Shown here one piece after another: positions 38,401 through 49,518 of a stretch of 64,000 nt of DNA (positions within the stretch are counted from its first letter, which is position 1; each line of letters begins with the position of its first letter). Below the pieces are notes generated by a model. It had not been told where the DNA came from, ran no database searches, and saw only the letters and a program-made list of their open reading frames with translations. The position numbers and the translations under genes were made by a program. Origin of the DNA: Gnetum montanum. Its lineage: Eukaryota; Plantae; Gnetophyta. The stretch lies in the NCBI GenBank assembly GCA_015680685.1, contig MNCI01002538.1, positions 152,831 to 216,830 of the forward strand. Reading direction: 5' to 3'.

Positions 38401-41257
38401 ACTATTTTGGATCTCCTCCTTCCAACTTATTTGTGGGGAAGATGGCCACCTATGCTAACCATTCTAGGCCCTTAGTTCTTTTTGAATTTTTGTTTTACAC
38501 ATTCATTCAACTTTTCTTATTTTTATTTTACACCATCGTTCATGTTTTTACTATTTCTTTATTTTCTTGATTTACTTTTATTTGTCATCTAATAAGTGCT
38601 CATGATGGTGGATTAAATTATATCATATTTATTGCTAATGTTTGATTTTTTCCTTTGAATTATGATGCTGATATTAAGGTATGGTTATTTTGGTAGAACA
38701 GGCAATGAGTCCATGCCATCCACTCATCCATACAACTCTATGATCTCCTTTGTCTTGGAACTGTATAGTCCCTCTTTTTCTAAGTAAACTTTTAATAAAT
38801 TTATGGCTAGGTATTTTTCAAACCAAGGAAAGACTCAAAGGATGAAAAGGGTGTGACTTCAAGGGGATTTGATGCATTTGTGCTAGCCATTCTCTTGGGT
38901 TCTTGGATGCTTTTTCTTGTGTTTTCCACCATTCTAACATTGTTCAAAAATTAGGAAGCTGAGTGAATAAAAATAAGTCTTTGCATGGTGTGGTTCTCAT
39001 GCAAAAAAAAGAAAAAAAGAAAAAATAATAAAAAAAGAGTGAGAATTCAAAGCACACACCTTAGACATAATAAAGAAATATAGGCTACAAGCACTAGTTA
39101 TGGAACTAGAAAGACATGTTACCCATGCCTGAAGGTTCCCTCTAACTAAGGCCCTTTCTCACTTCCTACTTCTTCATCTCACTCTCCTCGGAATGGTGGT
39201 GACTCTTTGTGAAAACATTCTTGTTGCTTCAAGTGGATGGATTGGTCAAGTGTGTTGATGCAAGGTTACTAGATGTGGTTTGTTTGAGTCTAGATTTGGA
39301 ATGAGTTCTACTCAGTCACATTAACTATAAAATACACAAGGGGCTTTACACAACCTTGTTCTTGGGATTCCATTCCATTCTCTCCTCTCCATATTGCTTT
39401 CCATTTTCCACCTCATTATTGGTTTTTAACTTTTGCTTTCAAATGACATTCCTAGAGCCTATAGACTCTTTGGTTTTTGACTTTGTTAGGGCCTAAAAGG
39501 CATGAGCCTACTTTAGGAAGGACCCACTAGCATTTCTTTTTGGTGCAATTGTTAACTTCTTTCCCTTAAACATTTCCTAGAATCAATCATTTCTTGTTTC
39601 ATCCCCATCCATGACATCCATTTTATTAGCGTTGTTGTTGATATTTTTTCCCATCTTTCTTGTTCATCATATTTTTCCATCTTATAGCCACCGAAGGTTC
39701 ATTCTTAGTCATGGGGGCCGTGGCAAAAAAATTTTTCAATTTTCTTCATTTTACTATTCACCTAATATCTACACCTTGGGTAGTCACCTGTGATAAATCT
39801 CCGAACCAGATTTTGCCATAACCACAACTCAGACAATGCACTTCATATCAAGGCAAGGTATCAACTACATTATGGTTTATCCATCCTTGCTCATTTGTGA
39901 CTGTGTTGTGTGTGCAGATGGAAATCATATAAATAATGGACTGGGCTTGGAGGAAGCAGTTATGATGGACCAGAACTGGAGCATTTATGAAAGGATTAAG
40001 TTTGGTGGCGTTATGGATAAACAATGGAAGGCGCAATCTTAGCATTGGTGGCAACACGCTTCATTTTCTTTCTCTATCTTTCTCTAAAAGCTTCCAAATA
40101 AAGGCTTGGATATCATTTATGTGTGAGTGTTCACCACAATGGTCATGAACACTAATGTTGTAATATGCTTATTGATTTGTTTTCTGGGCACATTGAGTCA
40201 GTCATCCCATTCCACTGTTAGTTGTCAATTAGTCAATAATCCCATACCTTCCCAATATTTTGTAAGGAGCTCGAGGACGAGTTTTCATTCAGTCGTGGGG
40301 GTATGATGAGTGTAGTTACTCTAGCGGTTTATTCTAATTATTAGAGTGGTAGTTTTTCTAATTAGTAGAGTGGAAATTTCTCTAAAATTAGAGTGCCAGT
40401 TTTTCTAATTATTAGAGTGGCAGTTTCTCTAAAATTAGAGTGGTAGTTTTTCTAATTATTAGAGTAGTTGCTCCCAAGCCTATAAATATAGTGCCTAGGC
40501 ACACAATTTAGGGGGGGGGGAGTCTTGGGAGGAAGTTCCAGGAGGAAGTCTTTCATGGGAGGTCTTTTAGGAGTCAAGTAGTAAAACTTTTGTAGTTAGA
40601 GTATTTTCCAAGTGTCTACAGTAGGAGGTCTAAGTGTGGACGGATGTTTATTTGAGTATTGTGTACCTGAGCACACCTTGTGTACAAAAATAAAAAAGAA
40701 CTCTTGGATTCATCCTTGTAACACTTGAGATTTTTTTTCTTACTAATTTCTTTCATTTTATTTTCTTCTACATTTATTTTATTATTTTATTTTATTTTAT
40801 TTTATTCACTTTACATTTCTGTTATTAGCACACACAATATGATCACTTCAAGCATGCATGTAACACTTGGTAACCCAGTAATGATTAGTGTTTGGTAATC
40901 CCAGTAGTGTTGCATTGGTTCGGGATGTGTACGACAAGTGAGAACGGATACTAGTATTAGGATTAGTTTAAACCCTAGTTAATCAGTAGTTAAGTTAAAT
41001 TAGTCACTTAGTTATCTCTCTCTCTCCTCCTTATTAGCATTAGGACATAAAAACAAAAAAGCTATAAAAATCATATGCCTCAAACTTACTGAACCATACA
41101 ATCCTCACATACAAGTAAGTTTGAAAAGGAAACGATCAACCAACCTATCCTTGTTTCACAAAGGTGCATAGGCACTTAGTCCTTGGAATTCGACCGGATT
41201 GTGCATGAAACACTTGTATTTGTATGGTTGAGTGTAGGGGTACCTCACTACTCATCA
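32447..41257 (+). mobile_element. Athila-like element E3 with both LTRs and degenerate gag-pol (RNase H deleted)
   Basis: LTRs 32447-33395 and 40304-41257, exact TSD CCACC, PBS TGGCACCATTGCCAGGGA, PPT AGTCGTGGGGGTA. gag LFPWTLVKEAESWY and CEICQYDHPKGCC, protease KVLLDLGSIINL, RT 36922-37633 (VFMDNF), integrase 37640-38350. Confidence 0.95.
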
Positions 41258-44139
41258 CCACCTAACTAACATCAAGCTGCAATTGAACATCATTCTAGTT
41301 TATCATATGGCTTTGATTTGAAACATACCTTCTTAACATTAACACACAAAATACATCATGAATCCCTAGTAGTTGTGGTGGAAAACTAATTTGATGCACC
41401 ACTTTTAAAACTCTTTTCAAGACCTCAAAGGGACCAACAAACCTTGATGTAATCTAATTTGATATCCAAACCTCTAACATGTGACTTATAAAAAAATCTT
41501 AAAATACTTTACTATCAATTTCATGGTGTTATTTAAAAGCAACTGGTAACTTTTGTTTTAACGATGATCAATTTGATGAAAGTGAAATTATATGGATGTC
41601 ATGAGGTACCACTAGTATGAGATACAACTTGACCTTCGACTTGTGAAAAGGGTGCACATGCTATGCATTGAAACTATCCTATGATTTTTCATGGTAATAT
41701 GCCCTATGTTCAAGAGGATAGAGGTTCTATCCCTATACTCTCTTTCCCATGCTTTCATTGTACATGCTCTATGTTTACCTCATCATGTGTCATGTCTCAA
41801 GTACCCTAAATGGAGAAGCTAATATGAAATTAATGGAAATAATGTATCCTTATCATTAAATCATTACGTGTAAATGGACACCTTCATGGTTGATTATTTG
41901 GGGACATAGTGGATAGGATTTTGCTTGTGAAGGACCTACTTGGATAATTGTTGGTCTAAGTACCAAGGATATCCTAATTTCTCTTATCCAGTTTGTTCCA
42001 ATTTGGATAATTTCAATAAGTTTTTGATTCATTTTATGCATATTCTCTATGATTCCTACTTGAAATTGTTCTATTAATTTTATTTTTGCATATTCAAATG
42101 TTTTATATGGGAATTCCAATTTCTAAGAATTTTCTTATTTTTTAAAAACCTCTTTGGCTAGGCCTTCAAACATTTCGAAATTAAATTTTTTAATGGAAAA
42201 TCGTAGTTTTTACAAAACAAGACCATTGATTATGCATTGCCTCAACACTTCTTAACAACTAATTAAATCTAAAACTAAAATTGGAGGAGTTTTTATTATG
42301 TCAAACTTGTAGGATCTGTTAGACAGAGGAAATGTACATAGCATGCATACCAAACACTTCATCAATAAAGTTACCAAGTTTCCTTGGTGCTAGATCAAAC
42401 ATGTTTTTTAATCTTTTAGTTGTAATTTGCTATTTGTGGCCACAATGTTCTAAAATAGGACATTGCAAAAATATGTAATGATCATCTTCAATTACTCCTT
42501 GATTGCATAGGTGGCAAGTTCTCTTTTCTTGTGGATTCTTAACCCATCTACTTGTTTCAATTCTAAAATAGTGTGAGCCCAATCTTGCCTAGTTAATTTG
42601 ACATTGTAGATGAAGGGATATAGGAGCACATAAATAAGCAATTTTCTTATTGAAGCCTTCACTAATATTAGTTGGGTAGGATTGTTTTTTACCTGTTGGA
42701 TTATCCTATATGTGCAAAAGTGTTTTATCTCTAATACATTTATGTAGTTGTTTTGTATTACAATGAAGAACCTCCTCCTCAAATCTATATATATAGACAC
42801 ACTCAACGTAGTTCATTTTTTTCATTTCTTTTAAATGAACATAGAGTTAATGATGTTTGGCCTTTTGAGTATTCTATCATTAGCCATCAAAATACATAAT
42901 CAAGTAAATCATTTACATAATACATTTGCACCTTTATCAAGATGTGATTAAAATTATGCTTAACAAATTTATTACCAAAGTTTTTTCATTGCAAATTATT
43001 TTTAGAAAGTATAAAACTTGCGGATTTTTTGTCATCACAAGGCATATAGTTAAAAGTTTCTCAAAATAAGGGAAAAAAGGTTGAAGAAAGGCTAATATAG
43101 CCATTACACAAATTATGGCTATATTACACTTACATATCCTAATTTTATTTGTACTTTCAAGTTGAAGAGTTTGAACAATATGCCACGTTAGATTTTGAAA
43201 ATTTCGCATTTGCAGAACAACGGTAGCTTTGCGCTAACCCATCCTATGGGGATGAAATGGGTAAATAATTCACTGGCATGGAATGGACTGGTCTCTGACA
43301 GATGCTTTGAATTAAAACCACATATACTTTCCATGGTCAAGCTTGTTCCGTATAAAATTCAGGGAAAATGCGTTGGGCTGACCCTTCTCATACGGAATGC
43401 AGAAATCAGATTGCTGTCCAACACGACACGTCATGACATTAAAGATTGATGTCTAAAAAGTCATCCAACAATGATTTTCTTGACGCCGTACTGTAGCATG
43501 TATTAAGAATTCATGGAATTATGATCTTCAAACAGAAACAGCAATTACGCGGGCGATAGAATTCTAAAAAGATGAAGTAGATTTGAATTTTATAAAGAAA
43601 AGTCGATGTACAGTAGAGGAGTTTGAATTATGCTCAACATTAATAGCAATTATTGGCTGAGGGAAACCAGGTGTATTATGAGGCTGTGTGTCCTTCCGCA
43701 TCTATTAGTATTTTATGTCAAACTGGAATAGTTTCATTTGATATATATAATACAGAGTATAAATTTAATTTTTTTCTTGCTCAAACTTTAGCCTTTACCA
43801 TTCAGCCTTTTTGTAAATTAATGGTAAATATTATTTTATTCTTTTGAGAAAAATGATACAAACATTACCATGCTTTCGCACAAAGATTTAAGTGAAATGA
43901 CCTGAAATTGTGAAAGTAATAATTGAATCAATTTTCAACCGACCAACCTGCTACATTGACTTTTGTTAATCACTTTTCATTCCAAAACCTTGAATTTTTC
44001 TTAATCACTTTTCAACCAACCTATACTTACTACCTTTACTTTTGTTAATTACTTTTTCACAAAGGATAACTACTACATTAACTTTGTTATCTTTGTGCAA
44101 AGAGTTTTCTCACTTGCATCCTCTTAATAGAAATCAAGT

Positions 44140-47100
44140 TACGAATTTCTTTCTTGCTTTTGCCTTCTTCTTTGTTTGTGCTTTTTCTTTTTCTTTCTCT
44201 TCTTTGCTGCTACTGCTGTTGAATCTTCTACCCATCTTGATCATGATGGAGCTGTGAATGATATGAGAGCACTCATTCAATTTAAGAAATGCATTACCAA
44301 CGATCCACTCTTTCTTCTCCACCATTGGGATGATCATGACGCCAACACATCCAATTGGATTGGAATCAACTACTCCACCAAACATCAAGGCCAAGTTGTA
44401 AAGATTGTTTTGGAAAGTGCCACACTCTGCATGGATCTCTCTCTCACCACCTCTCCAACTTATCATTCCTATAGGTATTTGATGTTTTCAATAACTCTTT
44501 TTCTGGTACAATCCCACTATCATGACCCTTTGAGTTGCTGATACCAAGGCTCATGTATAGGCGTGCGTGAGCTACGGTTGGTCCCTGGGTTGCAGATGAA
44601 TGGGGAACATATGCATGCACTCAGTAACTGAACTGGTGGTACACGTAGCAAGTGCGCTAGATAATTGGAGTTACCAAAATAGATGGAGCCAGGCAAAATG
44701 CATGCGAGGAGGGTGCAACTGGATTCATCCAGATGTAGTGCATGCACATCTGTTCCCGTGAGATAGATCCAAGTGGGATGCATGTGAGGGGCTATAGCTA
44801 GATTCATCTAGATGTAGCTCATGCATGTTTATTACCACCAAGTGGGGTGAAGCAGATTAAAGATAGAACTTGCAATGGGTTACGTGCATACTCTATGTTG
44901 GAGATGCAAGTAAAGGGTTGTAGCGCCAGTCACGAGAATGTACTAGCAAAGCCAGGAATGCCTGTGCCTATAAACAAGAGGTGTTGGTGCACCTCTAGAG
45001 AGATTGGCAGAGCTACAGAATGTAGCGCTATGACAAGGCCGAGAATGCCCGCATACGAGAGGTGTTGCTCACATTGGGTGAGAATCTCTTGTACATGTTG
45101 TAATATATTCCTTTGTGAGTAAAGGTTGAGAGTTTTCCTGTAATCGTGTTTCTCCTAAGTATTGTTGCATATCATTATGAGTAGCTGGCTAAGTCAGGCA
45201 CTTAGCGCTATCACCTGGTGAACAAAATTTCCGCTGCGATACAGTTGGTATGAGAGCAAAGGTTGCTAAGATGGAGGATCTTGCTGATTGTGTAGCTATC
45301 TTGAAAGCATTGGTTGGAGCCCCTGCTCCTAATACGTTAATGAATTTGAAGGTGCGATTCCTTATCAGAAAGAAAACCTTTCTTTGTTGCAATTTCTTGC
45401 TCTGTGTACAAATTCCTTGGTTGGTGACATTTCTGAGTGTCTTGCAACAGTCAAAAACCTTAAGTGGTTTGATGTTTACCAAAATCAGTTGAATGGCCAA
45501 ATCCCCTGTGGCTGGGAGCACTTCCAAAACTTAAATACCTTGACCTGAGTGAGAACAACATTCACAGCATCAGTCCTGCTTGGGCAACCTTTCTTTCTTG
45601 CAATATATTAATCTTGCTTTCAATCATTTGAATGGTTTCATTCCTTGCTCACTTGCCAGTCTCTACTGTCCCGCTGGAGTATCACTTGGCAAAAAGAATC
45701 TGAGTGGAACCCTCTCATTCCCCCCTGTTTAGGCAACCTCACAGCTCTTATAACTCTAGAATTCTCTGATAAAAATTTGCATGGTCATCTTCCTACCTGG
45801 CTGGGCAGCTTTAAGGAACTATAGCAATTGGGTTTAGCTCTGAACGGATTCACAGGGAACATCCCACACTCATGGCACAATCTCACCCAGCTCCAAGAAG
45901 TTGACCTGTCGACCAACGGATTATCGGGAATGCCACCATCATGGTTGGCAACACACTGGACTCAACTCATGATTCTCAATCTTGGCAACAATTACTTCAC
46001 CAGGGGAGTGAGCATGCCCAGGCAGCCTATTCCAATCCTCCTAACTCTATCCAATTATCTCTGGCGACATCCCTCCCAGTGTAGGAAACTTTTCATTTTT
46101 TTTGGACCTTGATCTGAGTGGTAACGAAATCAGCGGTACCATTCTTCCTCAAATTGCAAATGTGAAGTCACTGCACAGCATTGATCTCGCAATAAACAAG
46201 CTCAAAGGCCACCTTCCCACAGAGATATCACTGTTGAACAGGTCACTTGGCTATCTCTATCTCTCAAATTATATGTTGTTTGGTTCCATTCCCGTTGGCA
46301 TTGGAAAACTGGTCAATCTGCGGGAGCTGCACCTTGGTAGGAATCTGTTATCAGGACAAATTCCTTCAGAGATAGAAGACTGCCCTGTTCTTGAAGACCT
46401 CGTAGTGAAAGCAAACAATCTGTCTGGGCCAGTTCCACCAGACGTTGCCAGTCTCAAAACCATTGTATTCCGTTTTTATTTGTCGGCAAATGGTTTGACA
46501 GGAGAAGTACCCGCGGGAATAGAAGGATTACAGATGGCACAATATATAAATATTTCAAACAACCATCTTTATGGAAACATCGCATCTTACATGGATAGCT
46601 GGATGCCCACCAAATCAATCTCAGTTTTAATCATTTCAGTGGCAACGTTTCCAAATCAATTGGGAATAAGCTCACCCAACTTGAAAATATTAAGAGAGTT
46701 ACCAAAGGGGCTTTCTTATTTGCATCATGATTGTGAATTTCAAGTCATTCACTGTNGTTTCTCCAATTCCATACTTTCAAAAACCATTGCTTGAAATTTA
46801 GTGTTCTTCCCTCATCATCCAAGGAGAATATATATATGTAGAAAAGGTAAGAATAAAAAATGCATACCTGGAGGAATGTAACCAATAGAGCCTTTCACTG
46901 CTAGAGAAGATGATGCTGTTGGATAATCAAAGTCTCCCATCAGCTGAGATATTCCAAAATCAGAGAGCTTGACAACCATATCGTCATCCAACAGCNTTGC
47001 CATTGTGGGTCTCCATGGCTTTAAGGTAAGAAAAGATACAATTAAATGTATTATAAAAATAGCAGATGAAGGTGGAGGAGGAATTGAGATGGGCAAAGAT

Positions 47101-47340
47101 GAAGAAATGTCAGCGGTGGAAAGCATTTTGATGCTTGGTCTAAGATGCACTTGCCAAAACGCTTTCATGAGGCCTAGCATGAAGGTAGTTAAGTCTTTTG
47201 TACAATCAGCTGTTCTTCTAAATCTGTAAGATCAAGGGACATTGCCAAGAAACTTGGAAGAAGTTATTAGCATTGTAGAATCACAACCTCTTCTCCTTCA
47301 CAGAAGTGAAGAAGCTGAAAGTTCAATATTTTCTTCTTAA
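44140..47340 (+). pseudogene. LRR-XII-like (EFR/Xa21/FLS2-type) receptor kinase pseudogene, copy 2
   Basis: Paralogous to 1149-2435, with the start-codon region deleted. LRRs at 45330-46680. Kinase pieces GLSYLHHDCEFQVIHC (non-RD type), LLDDDMVVKLSDFGIS..KGSIGYIPP (reversed between Ns), and LGLRCT..RPSMK. TM and kinase N-lobe are missing near 46690. Confidence 0.9.
44539..45335 (+). mobile_element. LTR retrotransposon 5' fragment (LTR, PBS, gag start) inside LRR copy 2
   Basis: Absent from copy 1. TGATAC...GATACA at 44539-45243, Met-type PBS TGGTATGAGAGC at 45246-45257, a short ATG-started stretch, then the LRR sequence resumes. Confidence 0.75.
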
Positions 47341-47804
47341 TGGTGATTCTAAGTACTTTTTCTAATAGATCAGACTATCAACTCTTGTATTTAAGAATGA
47401 TCTCCCTGGTTATGCTTCGTTACATGTATGATTTAACTGTTGTTCGTATCAGATGGAAACTTATGCTCTGAAATGCTGACACAGTTGAGTGTATATTTGC
47501 TTTTATTTATTAAATTTCCTGATTAGTTGCACATTGTCAGCCTCTTAGATCAGCTCTCACTATCCAAGACAGCTTATTCCCCTTCCATGTTGTTCTTAAA
47601 TCCCATACCCACATGTTCTTTCCTAAACTTTATAACTTCCTACATTGAAGCACTGTTATGCATATCAAAGCCAAAATAAAGCATTTCCAACTTTGCATTC
47701 CGATGTTTGATTTTCATTTTAGTTTTTATAACATTTTAACCACTGTCTGTGACAGCCCTAATGATTCATAAAGTAGTGTATTTGATTTGTTTCATAGATT
47801 TTAA

Positions 47805-48411
47805 GGAAAAAGGTCGAGAGAAATCTATTCCGAAAAAAGTGAAAGAGCTACGCGTGCCACGTAGCGCGGACCAGCAATCGCGGCCCCACAACAAGAGCAC
47901 CCAAGACAGCGAGAGCAGGGAGACAGGAAGGGACTAAACAGGGCAAGCCGCAAGGACTGAAGGGGGAGAACCCCCCTCCCTCCCCCCTTGGGCCCCACAC
48001 TCACCCCCACAGACGTGCAAGCAGCCACCGCCACCAGCACCAGCACAGGAACTCGCAAGGAGCACCAGTCAACTCACCACCCATCAGTCAACGCAGGCCC
48101 CTGACTAAGAGGGACCAAATACCAAGGAAACAAGGAGGAAGAGCAACAGTAAAAAAACAGAAACAGCGAAGTTTTTCCTGCAGCTGCAGCACACCAACAG
48201 GAAAACCAGCTTTTCCGTTAGCCAGCCCCGCAGCGAGGCGGCGCCGATTCTCCTCAATCAGCTGGGCGATCCCCGTCCTGCCGTTCTGCAGCATGCCCTC
48301 AAACCAGAACTGCGGTGCGGTGGTTGAGTACGAGGGGGCGACGTCTGCTTCTTCAAACTGCTGGACGTGACATCCGGCGGGTCCTTCACCCGGTGCGGCC
48401 TCCGGCCGTGG
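47805..48411 (-). mobile_element. 5'-truncated GC-rich non-LTR (L1-like) insertion
   Basis: Exact 19-bp direct repeats TTTGTTTCATAGATTTTAA (47786-47804, 48412-48430). On minus these begin TT/AAAA, an L1 endonuclease-type site. An open frame runs from the truncation point to 48088. Confidence 0.75.
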
Positions 48412-49518
48412 TTTGTTTCATAGATTTTAAAGATCTGATCTTTCCCTGCAGGTTTCATGAAAAGAACAGGCTGGGTCCATGTCAACTCCCACCAGCTTCA
48501 ATGAAACATTTGTAAAGATGAACCTTCTATGCTTGACCATGGCTATGCAAATGAAACAATTATATATTTCCCTTTTTGTCTATTCAAAAAATATGTTCTC
48601 TCCTGTTGATGCAGGGAAACCATTTCATATTTCTAGGCTAGGGTGATCGTTTTACACAAATTCTAATTTGCTGTGTTAGAATATTATGTCAACTAATTTA
48701 ACAGAAAAGCTTTAAGGTCTTCGTTTTCCTAAATTTCTGTCTATTATATATATAATAATTCTATTTTAATTTTTGGTTAAAGGAATTGCTAAATTAATGC
48801 AGAGATACAATACTATTTTTGTAAATGAAAATTAGTCTTTCATTTTGCTAACTTGCCATCAATTTAGAATTTCCATTTAGGGAATGGCTAGAAAAAGGAA
48901 TTTACAATATAAATAATGCATTATTCTAACCATGGTACTCAACCTCTGCATTTTCATAAGAGTTAAAATACATTATATCATGTTGTATGATATAATATAA
49001 TAATTAGAGGGAGCCTTTAAAACCTTGGCTTGAATATTTAAGTTAAACCCTTCCCTTTCTTCTAACAATTTATTTTGCTCATTTTTATTGAGTACTTCAA
49101 ATTACAAGACACACCATCTATCTTTATCTATTGGGCTTGAAACCTCATTTACTTCATTTATTACTCTCTAAAGAATTTATAAAGAAATATTTACTTTGAA
49201 TAGTTTGGATTGTTACTTAAAGTAAGTAGTTAACGTGCAGATGCTTGTCCAACCTCTATAGAGATTGAAGAGTGTGCCCCTATTTTACCAACCTTTTTAT
49301 CATGCATCTTTATTTTGCTAACTGGAAATTTTCATTATAGAGATTAATCCTATATCACAAGATGTGTTCATTCAAATCAAAGTTTTGTTTCAAGATTAAA
49401 TGATGTGATGCAAATACATAGCATTCAAGTCCTTCAAGCTAGGTGTTAGTTTCAATTTGTTTTACTTGTTAAATAAGCAATGTTTTGATGTTGCTTGTTC
49501 TAAATATAAGGTCATTTA

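Larger units (their letters stand above)
28803..42200 (-). mobile_element. Old chromovirus element (integrase, chromodomain, PPT, 3' LTR) hosting two later insertions
   Basis: GPFEVLKR ~41410-41435. SHMIN..QLQLDVS.VEKPMT|IVDT..KVL..ETW reads continuously once both insertions are removed. PPT GGAAGGAAGGA then LTR start TGTAACA at 29558. Outer limits approximate. Confidence 0.72.

Noticed and set aside
42318-42808. Possible solo LTR (also ~28320-28780)
   Set aside because: No matching TSD or second copy in the window.
46102-46794. Intact 230-aa LRR protein
   Set aside because: It has no true ATG or signal peptide and is a fragment of the pseudogene that drifts across deletions.
47805-48411. 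Horizontally transferred or contaminant bacterial DNA
   Set aside because: The exact TSD with an L1-type cut site points to retroposition.
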